From Alphaproteobacteria bacterium (lineage in GTDB: Bacteria > Pseudomonadota > Alphaproteobacteria > CAAHEQ01 > UBA3637), in contig SUVA01000003.1 of NCBI GenBank assembly GCA_015062245.1, forward strand, positions 21,372 to 85,371: a stretch of 64,000 nucleotides of DNA, read 5' to 3'. Each line of letters begins with the position of its first letter. Position 1 is the first letter of the stretch. Below the pieces are notes generated by a model. The model searched no databases and was not told the origin of the DNA. It saw nothing but the letters and a program-made list of their open reading frames with translations. Made by a program: the position numbers and the translations under genes. Of this stretch, positions 37,434 to 46,960 are shown one piece after another.

Positions 37434-37963
37434 AAGAAAAATTATTATTGGTTTCGTGTTGTGCCCCCTGCTCTGTAGCGGTTATTCAGGATTTAAAATC
37501 CAAAAACACTGACTTTACAGTGTTGTTTTACAATCCAAATATTCAACCAAAAGAAGAGTATTCCCGTCGTTTAGAGGAAAACAAAAGGATTTGTCAACTT
37601 TTTGATATCCCTTTCGTTGATTTGGAATACACACCTGAATTATGGCAAAAAAAGACAAAGGGATTAGAAAACGAACCCGAAAAAGGAAAACGTTGCGATA
37701 TATGTTTTTATATGCGCTTAAAACGGGCGGCAGAATATGCAAAAACAAATGGTTTTACACGGATATCTTCTGTTCTTGGTATTTCCAGATGGAAAGATTT
37801 TGATCAAGTTTGCCGTGCCGGTAAAAAGGTTGAATCAGAAACAGGAGTTATTTATGATACAACCAATTGGCGCAAAGAAGGCCGTTTGGAAAAATCCGAA
37901 AAACTATCCAAAGAATTGGGATTATATCGCCAAAAATATTGTGGTTGTAAGCCTAAAAGCTAA
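37430..37963 (+). CDS. queH: Epoxyqueuosine reductase QueH (DUF208)
   Basis: Signature LLLVSCCAPCS plus CDICF...R and KYCGC motifs. Confidence 0.7.
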   Translation: MKEKLLLVSCCAPCSVAVIQDLKSKNTDFTVLFYNPNIQPKEEYSRRLEENKRICQLFDIPFVDLEYTPELWQKKTKGLENEPEKGKRCDICFYMRLKRAAEYAKTNGFTRISSVLGISRWKDFDQVCRAGKKVESETGVIYDTTNWRKEGRLEKSEKLSKELGLYRQKYCGCKPKS

Positions 37964-37999
37964 TTCAAAGTAAAAAAATTAAAAAAAATAAATTTTTTA

Positions 38000-38028
38000 C
38001 TTGACTATTGTTTTAAAATAGGATAAAA
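38000..38028 (+). promoter_or_regulatory. Promoter candidate TTGACT-17-TAAAAC upstream of tRNA-Cys
   Basis: Read directly. Confidence 0.3.
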
Positions 38029-38044
38029 CTATCACTGTTTTGAT

Positions 38045-38119
38045 GGCCGGTTGGCAGAATGGCTTATGCAGAGGACTGCAAATCCTTTTATACTGGTTCG
38101 ATTCCGGTACCGGCCTCCA
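38045..38119 (+). tRNA. tRNA-Cys (GCA), U73 discriminator, CCA encoded
   Basis: GGCCGGT acceptor pairing ACCGGCC, anticodon loop CTGCAAA, T-loop TTCGATT. Confidence 0.8.
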
Positions 38120-38177
38120 AAATTAGCAAAAAAAGTTCTTGCAATAAAAAATTTTTTTTGCTATAATAACCACTGTT

Positions 38178-38252
38178 TCCAGCGTAGCTCAGTGGTAGAG
38201 CAATCGGCTGTTAACCGATTGGTCGTAGGTTCGAGCCCTACCGCTGGAGCCA
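38178..38252 (+). tRNA. tRNA-Asn (GTT), CCA encoded
   Basis: TCCAGCG/CGCTGGA acceptor, anticodon loop CTGTTAA, T-arm GTAGG-TTCGAGC-CCTAC. Confidence 0.8.
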
Positions 38253-38314
38253 TTAAAATAGAAAGGGGATTTCAGTTTATACTGATCCCCTTATTTCTAT
38301 ATGAAGGAGACAAA

Positions 38315-38776
38315 ATGAAGAAACAAGGTCTTTCTGCCACGAATCGCGAAACGAACATTCGTTTTAATAAGGCTTTGATAGCTTTGAAAAGTTTTTCCAT
38401 CAAGTGGAATGAAAATGCCAAACAAATATTGGTTTGCCAATTAGTTAAAGGCATTAGAGAAGCAAAATTTGGGGATAAAAAAGTGGCCGAAAATTATCTG
38501 AGAGAAGCTTTATCTGAACGTTTTTATAATGATAAAGATGATCAATTTTACTGGGGTCTTAAGGGACAACAGTATCTTGGGGAAGCTATCCAAGATTTCG
38601 TTCCGGTTGCTGTATTATGCCGACCAATACACATGCGCCAAATCCATCAATTTTGCCAAGAAGTGTACCCAGCGGAACTTGCTTATTGGCCAAAGGATAC
38701 ATTTACTAATCCTAGAAAGAAGGAGCCCTTAGCGCATCTTTATTCCATTTTTACGCAACGCCACAAGGAAATATAA
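38315..38776 (+). CDS. Hypothetical protein (153 aa); the track ORF's upstream extension across the tRNAs is discarded
   Basis: ATG at 38315 preceded by GAAGGAGA RBS. Confidence 0.4.
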   Translation: MKKQGLSATNRETNIRFNKALIALKSFSIKWNENAKQILVCQLVKGIREAKFGDKKVAENYLREALSERFYNDKDDQFYWGLKGQQYLGEAIQDFVPVAVLCRPIHMRQIHQFCQEVYPAELAYWPKDTFTNPRKKEPLAHLYSIFTQRHKEI

Positions 38777-39279
38777 TGAGTTATAAAGATAAAATATTAA
38801 AAAAAAGATTGTTTTGCCAATCTTTAATGACTTTAAAGGATTTTGCTTGTTCTAAACCAGAACTATCATTAGAAAACAAACAAGCTATTATTGGTGCTAT
38901 TGCATTAGGTGGAAGTTTGCAAACTCCCGGTCCTCGAAATAAAATACAAACCTATTATCATTTTAATTATCATTATACTCAACGTGGACTTATTCGGGCT
39001 TTCTCGGACAAACTTATCCAAACAGATTCTGAAGAAAAACAAAAAGTAAAAAAAGCAATTTGTATTATTTCGTCTTTATCATCTTGGGCAAATGAAAACC
39101 CTCAATTAACCTCGGATGCATTCCTAAATTTTTCAAATCAAGTTCTTGATAAAAACAATCAATTGGATGCAGTTGCACAAGCCCAAAGGAACTTAAAACA
39201 AAAATATGGACATGAAGTTTTGTTAGACTTGGTCACAATGTCCGGTAATCGTTTTTATAAAAAATATAATCAAAGATAA
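38776..39279 (+). CDS. Hypothetical protein (167 aa)
   Basis: ORF overlapping the previous stop (ATGA); no domain recognised. Confidence 0.4.
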   Translation: MSYKDKILKKRLFCQSLMTLKDFACSKPELSLENKQAIIGAIALGGSLQTPGPRNKIQTYYHFNYHYTQRGLIRAFSDKLIQTDSEEKQKVKKAICIISSLSSWANENPQLTSDAFLNFSNQVLDKNNQLDAVAQAQRNLKQKYGHEVLLDLVTMSGNRFYKKYNQR

Positions 39280-39333
39280 AAAATAATCTTGACAAGTTAA
39301 AAAAATTATTATAGAATAATATCCATTGAACTT

Positions 39334-39408
39334 GGGTGCGTAGCTCAGCGGGAGAGCATTACCTTCACACGGTAGGGGTCACAGGTTCAATCCCTGTCGC
39401 ACCCACCA
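39334..39408 (+). tRNA. tRNA-Val (CAC), CCA encoded
   Basis: GGGTGCG/CGCACCC acceptor, anticodon loop TTCACAC, T-arm ACAGG-TTCAATC-CCTGT; preceded by TTGACA-17-TAGAAT promoter. Confidence 0.8.
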
Positions 39409-39420
39409 TTTACTGACTGA

Positions 39421-39448
39421 GACCTTATATTTTAAGGTCTTTTTTTAT
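39421..39448 (+). terminator. Rho-independent terminator after tRNA-Val (gaccttatattttaaggtc + T-run)
   Basis: Read directly. Confidence 0.5.
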
Positions 39449-39496
39449 AAAAATAAGGGGCTTTTAAGCCCCAAAATTATGATAAATAATATAGGT

Positions 39497-40264
39497 TTAT
39501 CGTTTCAATTCTGTTCTGAATTTTTGGGAAAGATATGTCTCTTCCAACAAACCTTTGATTTTTCCTTTAAACCGTTTCAAATGTTTTGGGCAATGTTCTC
39601 CGTTAATATGGTGGAACAGCATTGTTTCATACATTCCTTCTGTTATATAATTCGGGTCGGCAGGATTAAAACTATACGATAATTTACCATCTTGGATGAT
39701 TCTCATGGAAACTTCCGGATTTTGATGAGATTTTTTTCCTGTTAAAGCAGTAAAAATAGCATTCAATTCTTTTTGATTTGCCATCACAATAATATGTTTT
39801 AATCCTCTTTTTTCTAATGAATTAAAACTATTTTGAATAAGTTTCGTATGAAATCTGGTCAAATATTCTTCGGATAAAGCAGATTCTGATAATGATTTTA
39901 ATTTTATAACAGGAACCTTAAATCCCAACCGGTATAGTTGTCTTCTTAAAATATGAGCTGATTTTAGTGAATTAGAATTTTCTCCACACAAAATAACGTC
40001 TGGTCTTGCTTGAGGATGTTCTTCAACAGAAATTTCCCAATTTTCACCATCTTTGTTGACAAACAAAGGTCTTTCTCCACAAGCATATGCCAATCTTAAT
40101 GAAGATTTTGAAATATCTGTAATATGATTACTTGGTAAAAATTCAAAAGTTTTGCCGTTTTCCGTTTCTGTTTGACACAGTCCCTGACGAATTAATGTAA
40201 TATCCATGATAATACCCCTTTCAGATAACTTTTCTATTTTATCATGAAAGTTGAATTTTGTCAA
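39497..40264 (-). CDS. Hypothetical protein (255 aa; possibly a degenerate histidine-phosphatase-fold protein), start uncertain
   Basis: ORF only; ITLIRQG near a candidate start loosely recalls the RHG motif but His is absent. Confidence 0.35.
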   Translation of the reverse strand: MTKFNFHDKIEKLSERGIIMDITLIRQGLCQTETENGKTFEFLPSNHITDISKSSLRLAYACGERPLFVNKDGENWEISVEEHPQARPDVILCGENSNSLKSAHILRRQLYRLGFKVPVIKLKSLSESALSEEYLTRFHTKLIQNSFNSLEKRGLKHIIVMANQKELNAIFTALTGKKSHQNPEVSMRIIQDGKLSYSFNPADPNYITEGMYETMLFHHINGEHCPKHLKRFKGKIKGLLEETYLSQKFRTELKR

Positions 40265-40290
40265 TATTTTTTATTTTTAAGAAAAACAAT

Positions 40291-41079
40291 CTATTTTAAT
40301 ATAACTTTTTCACCAGGTTTTGGAGTATTAAAAAGCTTGGAAGCCGAACCACCACGCAAACAAATTTCACAAAACTTATTATTCTGCCAACCGGACGAAC
40401 CAGGAGCCAAAATCAAAGAACCGTCTTCTATATCAAAAATACCTTTTCCGACAGAAATATTCTTTTCAATTCCATTTATTTCAACAAATTGAATTGATGA
40501 ATCAATTTTGATATTTGTTTTCAAATTACCATAGCCATCTATTCCCAATATTGTATTTTCGGGAATATTTGGAAGGTTTTCAACTAATTCCCCTAATAAT
40601 TCCCAATCCGTTAATGGCTTTCCGGCGTGTTGAGCTAAACTGGCCACACAGGGCGGAAATACATCCCGTGATCGGAACTGAGAACCTTCTGCGGCACATT
40701 TGACACGATAAACAGGATGATTTAAAAGCGAAAAAGAAAATCCGCCATATACACCAATCACCCGCACGCCATTTTCCAATTCACAAACGGCCAAAAATTC
40801 ACCGGCATTATTTTCTCTGGCTGATAATTCATCTTTTCTGGGGGCTGTATTATGATAGACAATATGATTTTTTCCCAAGCGTGAATTTTGTGCCAATTGC
40901 GCCACAACAAAACCGGTTTCCACAGTATTAAAGGGATGAACGGATAAATTTTTAATCATTGGAAAATCTAAATCCAATTTTGAAAATTCTTCACATAAAC
41001 GTCTGTCAACTTCGGAAAAAGCCAAATCATCCTGACCGCTGATTAAACCGTAATCGGCAATAAAATCAATGTAAAACAT
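40291..41079 (-). CDS. S-adenosyl-L-methionine hydroxide adenosyltransferase (DUF62 SAM hydrolase family)
   Basis: FIADYGLISGQDDLAF (cf. LTDFG..D.YVG), ILGIDGYGNLKTNI (cf. IDRFGNLITNI), APGSSGWQ; start placed at second Met. Confidence 0.55.
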   Translation of the reverse strand: MFYIDFIADYGLISGQDDLAFSEVDRRLCEEFSKLDLDFPMIKNLSVHPFNTVETGFVVAQLAQNSRLGKNHIVYHNTAPRKDELSARENNAGEFLAVCELENGVRVIGVYGGFSFSLLNHPVYRVKCAAEGSQFRSRDVFPPCVASLAQHAGKPLTDWELLGELVENLPNIPENTILGIDGYGNLKTNIKIDSSIQFVEINGIEKNISVGKGIFDIEDGSLILAPGSSGWQNNKFCEICLRGGSASKLFNTPKPGEKVILK

Positions 41080-41145
41080 TATGTCTCCTTTATAAAAAAA
41101 CAAAAAGGCAGAGAAAATGATATTCCCCTGCCCTTTAAAAGTATA

Positions 41146-42912
41146 TTATCTTAATTTGATATGTGTTTCACGCAATTGTTTTTCCGTTACCGGTGAAGGT
41201 GCATGCATCAAAAGATCCTGCGCCTGTTGATTGAACGGGAAGGCAATCACTTCACGAATGTAGTCTTCGTTTTCCAACATCATCACAATACGGTCAAAGC
41301 CAAAGGCTGCTCCTCCGTGAGGAGGCGCGCCGTATTTAAAAGCATTCAACATACCACCAAATTTGGCCTCAACAACTTCTGGGCCATAACCGGCGATTTC
41401 AAAGGCTTTGTACATAATATCGGGTCTGTGGTTACGAATAGCACCGGAGAGCATTTCCAAACCGTTGCCAACCATATCAAATTGATAAGCTTTGATTTCC
41501 AACGGATTCTTTGTCTGTAAAGCTTCCAATTCGCCTTGGGGCATAGAAAACGGATTATGGCTGAACATAGGCTTGCCTGTTTCCGGATCCATTTCATAGA
41601 ATGGGAAATCCACCACCCAACAAAAACGGAAGGCGTTCTTTTCAAACAAATCCAATTCTTTACCAAACAAATTGCGAACTTTTCCGGCAAATAAGGCCGT
41701 TTTTTCACCTTGTCCACAAACGAAGAAAACGCTGTCGTTCACTTCTAAACCAGTCAAGTCAAACAATTTATTCAAACGGTTTTCATCCAATTTCTTAGCA
41801 ATAGGACCTTTGTTCCCCTCTGCTGTACGAACGATATAGCCCAAACCGCCCATTTCATTTTCAACCGCAAAAGCATTTAATTTATCAAACCAACTGCGGG
41901 GTTTGTCAGCCGATTTCGGCGCACGAATGGCACGCACAAAACCACCGTTTGCCACAGTATTGGCAAAAATGCCAAATTCAGAACCGGCAAAAACTTCCGA
42001 AACATCCACAATTGTAAGCGGGTTTCTTAGATCTGGTTTATCTGTTCCATAGGTGAGCATTGCTTCATGGTAAGGGATGCGTTGAAACGGCGCTTCGGAA
42101 CAAACGGAATTAGGGGCAAATTCTTTAAAAATAGCCGTAATTAAATCTTCCCCAACTTTTAAAATTTCATCCTGAGAAACAAAGGACATTTCCCAGTCAA
42201 TCTGATAAAATTCACCTGGTGAACGATCGGCACGACTGTCTTCGTCACGAAAACACGGAGCCAACTGAAAATAACGATCAAAGCCAGCCACCATTAATAA
42301 CTGCTTAAATTGTTGCGGTGATTGTGGTAAAGCATAAAATTCGCCTTTATGAACACGGCTGGGCACCAAATAGTCACGGGCGCCTTCGGGACTGGAAGAT
42401 GTCAAAATAGGTGTTTGGAATTCCGTAAAACCCATATTCCACATAGCATCACGCACAAATTTATTTAAACGGTTACGCATTAAAATGTTGGCGTGCGGTT
42501 TGGCACGACGCAGATCCAAAAAGCGATAGGTTAAACGCTGTTCTTCGGATAATTCGGCAGAATCTGACGTGATTAAAAACGGCAGTACTTGGGCTTCACC
42601 CAACATATCCACCTTATCCACCACAACTTCAATTTCACCGGTGGGCATTTTGGGATTGATGGTCGCCCCGTCACGCAAAACAACCCTTCCTTCCACACGA
42701 ATAACGGATTCAGGGCGTGCTTTTTCCAAATCCTTAAAGCACGGCGCATTGATATCAACCACACATTGGGTGATGCCGTCATTATCACGCAAATCAACAA
42801 ATAAAAGATTTCCATGGTCGCGTTTTGTTTGAATCCAACCGGATAAAACGACTTCTTTGTCAGCATCGCAAGCACGCAACTGACCACATAATTTAGTTCT
42901 GTAAGTTTGCAT
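41146..42912 (-). CDS. aspS: Aspartate--tRNA ligase
   Basis: 588 aa class IIb: OB-fold N-terminus, motif 2 FRDEDSRADRSPGEFYQID, motif 3 GGAAFGFDRIVMML. Confidence 0.9.
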   Translation of the reverse strand: MQTYRTKLCGQLRACDADKEVVLSGWIQTKRDHGNLLFVDLRDNDGITQCVVDINAPCFKDLEKARPESVIRVEGRVVLRDGATINPKMPTGEIEVVVDKVDMLGEAQVLPFLITSDSAELSEEQRLTYRFLDLRRAKPHANILMRNRLNKFVRDAMWNMGFTEFQTPILTSSSPEGARDYLVPSRVHKGEFYALPQSPQQFKQLLMVAGFDRYFQLAPCFRDEDSRADRSPGEFYQIDWEMSFVSQDEILKVGEDLITAIFKEFAPNSVCSEAPFQRIPYHEAMLTYGTDKPDLRNPLTIVDVSEVFAGSEFGIFANTVANGGFVRAIRAPKSADKPRSWFDKLNAFAVENEMGGLGYIVRTAEGNKGPIAKKLDENRLNKLFDLTGLEVNDSVFFVCGQGEKTALFAGKVRNLFGKELDLFEKNAFRFCWVVDFPFYEMDPETGKPMFSHNPFSMPQGELEALQTKNPLEIKAYQFDMVGNGLEMLSGAIRNHRPDIMYKAFEIAGYGPEVVEAKFGGMLNAFKYGAPPHGGAAFGFDRIVMMLENEDYIREVIAFPFNQQAQDLLMHAPSPVTEKQLRETHIKLR

Positions 42913-42929
42913 ATTTTTTACCTTTGTTT

Positions 42930-43100
42930 TTGTTAAGCGTCAGGGCGAATTTCGTCCGCTGTGCCACCTGACTTCAGGATCCAATGAATCCCCTTAATCA
43001 CGCTGTATCGGGCGCAACCCGAGAGGTTCTAATAAGCCAAAAGCCGTTCTTCCCCTGCGCTCCCCTGTGTCGGCAGGATCATAGCAAAGTTCATTATATC
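42930..43100 (-). other. GC-rich structured 5' leader / candidate ncRNA upstream of aspS (unclassified)
   Basis: Marked local GC elevation; stems such as gtcagg...cctgac; no ORF; oriented into aspS. Confidence 0.2.
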
Positions 43101-43178
43101 AAATAAAAAAACAAAAATCAATCACTAATTTTTATTGCTTTTTATAAAAAGTTAATATAAACTTAAAAAAAAGGATTT

Positions 43179-43868
43179 ATGATGCACATTTTAGTTATAG
43201 AAGATGACAAAATCACCAATCAAAACATCTGTCTTTTATTAAAAAAAGAAAAGATGATACCTGAATCTGCTTTTTGTGCCCATGACGGGTTAGAGTTGAT
43301 AAAGTTATATGATTACGATTTAATCTTACTTGACTTAATGTTACCGGATAGACCTGGTCTGGAAGTTTTGAAACAAATTCGCTTGCTGGGAATTAAAACA
43401 CCCGTTTTGGTGATATCCGGTTTACATCAAACGGAAAAGAAAGTGGATTGTTTAAATGCGGGGGCTGATGACTACCTGACTAAACCTTATGAACGAAGTG
43501 AGCTTTTAGCCCGTGTCAAGGCTTTAATTCGTCGCAGTTCAGGTTTGGCTGAATCAGTTATCAGAATCGGTAAAATGTCCATAGATATCAACAAAAAAAA
43601 TGTTTCTATTGATAATAAGACAATTCCCCTCACCCCGAAAGAGTATGCTTTAATAGAATTACTCGCTCTTAAAAAAGGGGTAACTGTCAGTAAAGAAACT
43701 TTCCTTAATCAGCTTTATGGTATTATGGATGAACCGCCTGACAGCAAAATCATAGATGTCTTTTTATGTAAAATGCGCCGCAAAATTAAAAAGGTTACAA
43801 ATGGCGAAGATTATATTCAAAATGTTTGGGGACACGGTTATATTTTAAAATCACCGGATAAAAAATAA
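43179..43868 (+). CDS. ctrA: OmpR-family response regulator, CtrA-like cell-cycle regulator
   Basis: MHILVIEDD ... DLILLDLMLPD ... receiver motifs; C-terminal winged helix; synteny with ihfA/MerR and presence of ChpT. Confidence 0.7.
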   Translation: MMHILVIEDDKITNQNICLLLKKEKMIPESAFCAHDGLELIKLYDYDLILLDLMLPDRPGLEVLKQIRLLGIKTPVLVISGLHQTEKKVDCLNAGADDYLTKPYERSELLARVKALIRRSSGLAESVIRIGKMSIDINKKNVSIDNKTIPLTPKEYALIELLALKKGVTVSKETFLNQLYGIMDEPPDSKIIDVFLCKMRRKIKKVTNGEDYIQNVWGHGYILKSPDKK

Positions 43869-43875
43869 ACAGAGT

Positions 43876-44211
43876 TTATAAATACTCTGCTAATTCGTTT
43901 TTAATATCTATAATTTCGGCAATAAATTTATCGTGATGTTTTTGGGAATCTGATTCGTTTAAAATGGTTTGAGATTCTTCACCCAACGATAAACGTTTTT
44001 GAACACCTTTAATTGTTAAAAAATCTTTATACAATAAATCACGAATACGGGCCAATAAAACAACATCTTCAGCCTGATAATAGCGTCGTCCCATTCTTTT
44101 TAAAGGCTTTACCTGTTTAAATTGAGTTTCCCAAAACCGCAAAACAGATGGTTGAACCTGCAACAATTCGGAAACTTCGGCAATGGTACGATAGGCTTTT
44201 TCGGATTTCAT
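43876..44211 (-). CDS. MerR-family transcriptional regulator
   Basis: YRTIAEVSELLQVQPSVLRFWETQF ... RRYYQAEDVVLLARIRDLL typical MerR HTH. Confidence 0.7.
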   Translation of the reverse strand: MKSEKAYRTIAEVSELLQVQPSVLRFWETQFKQVKPLKRMGRRYYQAEDVVLLARIRDLLYKDFLTIKGVQKRLSLGEESQTILNESDSQKHHDKFIAEIIDIKNELAEYL

Positions 44212-44219
44212 GGCAAGAC

Positions 44220-44513
44220 CTATTTTTTATTGTTTTTCAAAGCAGGAGACGGTTTAAAAGCCAAAACAGTACGTTGACAAATCGGATATTCTTTTCCTGT
44301 TTTGGGATTGCGACCAATACGTTCTTTTTTTAAGTACGGTTCTATTGTGGCAAAGCCTGAAATTTTAACACTGCGACGTGTGGCCAATTCGGCTGTTATA
44401 ATAGAAAATGTCTTTTCAATCAACTTAAAAGCATCAGCACGAGAAAAACCTAATTCCTGATGAATGGCCTCAGCAATGTCTGAACGAACGAGTGTTTTTA
44501 CTTTTTCTGTCAT
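44220..44513 (-). CDS. ihfA: Integration host factor subunit alpha
   Basis: RIGRNPKTGKEYPICQRTVLAFKPSPALK beta-arm and N-terminal helices of IHF/HU; start set at MTEKVK. Confidence 0.8.
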   Translation of the reverse strand: MTEKVKTLVRSDIAEAIHQELGFSRADAFKLIEKTFSIITAELATRRSVKISGFATIEPYLKKERIGRNPKTGKEYPICQRTVLAFKPSPALKNNKK

Positions 44514-44573
44514 TTTTTCTCCTTTGTCCTGCATAAGAGTGCCATATTTTCAAAAATTATGCAAGCATTTTTT

Positions 44574-45626
44574 TTAAGGAGCCGTTGTATCGTCCAATGC
44601 TGACATATTTAAAACTGTGGCAATTTCTTCTTTCGTTTTTTCGCAAATATCATTTTGTGCCATTTTTATGGCGGATTCAATCGCACAAGAAAAACCATAA
44701 GCATCTGTGCCACCGTGGCTTTTAACCGAAATTCCCTTTAATCCCAAGAACATAGCACCATTGTAAATACGCGGATCAAATTTTTTCTTAAATTTTGACA
44801 AACTGGAATGAGCCATTAAAAAACCAAACATTGAAATCCAAGAACCTTTAACTTCTTGCTTTAATGCTTTGGCGATGAATTTAGCAGCCCCTTCAATTGT
44901 CTTTAAGGCAATATTACCCGAAAATCCATCCGAAACAACAACTTGAGTTTTGCCGGCCGAAATATCATTCCCTTCAACAAAACCTTGATAATTGACCTTT
45001 TCACCCATTTCACGCAAAATAGCGGCAGCCTCACGGATTTCTTCACGGCCTTTGGTGTCTTCCGAACCAATGTTTAACAACCCGATAGACGGTTTTTCTT
45101 CATTGAATAAAACGTGGTAAAGTACTTCCCCCATCAACGAAAATTCAACCAAATTCTGCGGATCACATTTGGCATTCGCCCCCAAATCCAACATAACGAT
45201 AGGGCCGTTAGCCGAAGGTAAAATACCCGCAATAGCAGGACGATCAATCCCTGCCAACGTCCCCAGGCAAATTTTACTCATCGCCATTAAAGCGCCTGTG
45301 TTTCCAGCAGAAACAACAGCCTTTGCATAACCATTGCGCACAGCCATAATGGCCTTCCACATACTGGTTTCACGACCAGCACGCAAAATTTGGGCCGGTT
45401 TTGCATCAGCACGCACATAATCGGTTGTATGGTGAACTTTATAACACTTGGGATCCAAACCCACTTCCTGAATAATCGGATTCAGTTTTGCTTCATCCCC
45501 GAATAAAAAGAAAAACAATTCATTGGGATGATTTTGGGCCACAATTGAAACCCCTTCTATGACCGAACGAGGAGCATGATCGCCCCCCATCGCATCAATT
45601 GAAAGAATCAATGTTTCTTTCGTCAA
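44574..45626 (-). CDS. plsX: Phosphate acyltransferase PlsX
   Basis: LSIDAMGGDHAP start, SHGGTD motif; 350 aa. Confidence 0.9.
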   Translation of the reverse strand: MTKETLILSIDAMGGDHAPRSVIEGVSIVAQNHPNELFFFLFGDEAKLNPIIQEVGLDPKCYKVHHTTDYVRADAKPAQILRAGRETSMWKAIMAVRNGYAKAVVSAGNTGALMAMSKICLGTLAGIDRPAIAGILPSANGPIVMLDLGANAKCDPQNLVEFSLMGEVLYHVLFNEEKPSIGLLNIGSEDTKGREEIREAAAILREMGEKVNYQGFVEGNDISAGKTQVVVSDGFSGNIALKTIEGAAKFIAKALKQEVKGSWISMFGFLMAHSSLSKFKKKFDPRIYNGAMFLGLKGISVKSHGGTDAYGFSCAIESAIKMAQNDICEKTKEEIATVLNMSALDDTTAP

Positions 45627-45640
45627 GGGATATTTCCTTG

Positions 45641-45817
45641 TTAGGCCTTAACCAAGACTTCCTTTTTACGGTATGTACCGCAAGAAGGACAGACATGGTG
45701 AGGACGCATCATTTCGCCACATTTTGGGCATTCAACAACGGCGTTGGAAGCCAAAGCATCGTGTGAACGACGCATATCACGTTTAGATTTTGATGTTTTC
45801 TTTTTTGGTGTTGCCAT
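45641..45817 (-). CDS. rpmF: 50S ribosomal protein L32
   Basis: Translated by hand: [58 protein letters not shown] (58 aa, below track cutoff); classic plsX-rpmF pairing. Confidence 0.8.
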   Translation of the reverse strand: MATPKKKTSKSKRDMRRSHDALASNAVVECPKCGEMMRPHHVCPSCGTYRKKEVLVKA

Positions 45818-45864
45818 TTTATTTTCTCACTTTCATTATAATATTTTTACATTATACACAGATT

Positions 45865-46689
45865 TTATTTCTTTTGCAAGGTTTTTTTGACTTTTGGTAA
45901 AAATTTTACCACCTCATCCCTTAATTCCATTGTTGTGGCCAAGAATGTACCTTCTGCTATAATATCTTTTAAATCTGTTTTTCCCGACCAACTTTGAATA
46001 ATACCGCCAGCTTCTTTAACCAACAAATACCCTGTTACAATATCCCACAAATGGATTCGGCTGTCGGCAAATATATCAGATTGACCCGCTGCCACACCGG
46101 CCAAAGCTAAGGTTGTACTGCCATTGATTCGCAGCGAAAGATTTTTCTTTAAAAGTTCCGCCAACGTTTCAGGATAGGCCGATAAAAACGAACCATTTAC
46201 CGAAAGAACCGTTGTTTCCAATGAACGACGGTTGGACACACGCAAACGTTCATCACCCGTTGGACGCATCACAAAAGCCCCCTGACCTTTTTCAGCATAA
46301 TAAAGCTCGTTCAAAACCGGATTAAATATAACAGCATTCAAAACTTCATCCCCACGCATCAAAGCCAAAGAAATAGCAAATGTCGGATTGGCATGAATAA
46401 AATTTGTTGTCCCATCAATTGGATCAATAACCCAACGATACGGCGAATCGTTTTTTGGGGCAATAACGCCACATTCTTCCGAAATAACACCATAATCCGG
46501 TTTGGCTTCCTGTAAATAAGAAATCAATTTTTTTTCAGTCATTAAATCAGCACTGGAAACAAAATCTCCGGGGCCTTTTTTACTTAACTGCAAATGTGAA
46601 ACTTCATGAAAATCGCGCAACAAAGACGAAGAAGCACGACGCACAGCTTTAACCATCAAATTCAATGTTGGCGACAAGCTGTTTATCAT
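45865..46689 (-). CDS. suhB: Inositol monophosphatase family protein (SuhB-like)
   Basis: EECG ... WVIDPIDGTTNFIHANPTFAISLAL motif; start set at MINSLSPTLNLMVKAVRRA. Confidence 0.7.
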   Translation of the reverse strand: MINSLSPTLNLMVKAVRRASSSLLRDFHEVSHLQLSKKGPGDFVSSADLMTEKKLISYLQEAKPDYGVISEECGVIAPKNDSPYRWVIDPIDGTTNFIHANPTFAISLALMRGDEVLNAVIFNPVLNELYYAEKGQGAFVMRPTGDERLRVSNRRSLETTVLSVNGSFLSAYPETLAELLKKNLSLRINGSTTLALAGVAAGQSDIFADSRIHLWDIVTGYLLVKEAGGIIQSWSGKTDLKDIIAEGTFLATTMELRDEVVKFLPKVKKTLQKK

Positions 46690-46960
46690 CTTTTCTTCAC
46701 GGGTTTGTGGGCGTTTTTTCATGGCCGAAGCACGTGGTGTTATTTTCTGATGCATTACAACAGACATATATTTCCCTTTCGTTAAACGTACTATATCATA
46801 TCAAAATATTGTTTAAAGTGCAAGGAAATTTTTAAAAATTATTTAATATCATCACCCAAGGATTTTAATCCCAGTATTATAAAAAGACCTATAATAAAGC
46901 TTTCCATTGTCATTGTCTTCCTTTCTGTAATGTGTATTTTATCATTAAAATTTATTTTTG

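Noticed and set aside
38051-38776. 241-aa ORF covering tRNA-Cys and tRNA-Asn
   Set aside because: Two well-folded tRNAs occupy 38045-38252. Coding sequence was trimmed to the first ATG with an RBS (38315).
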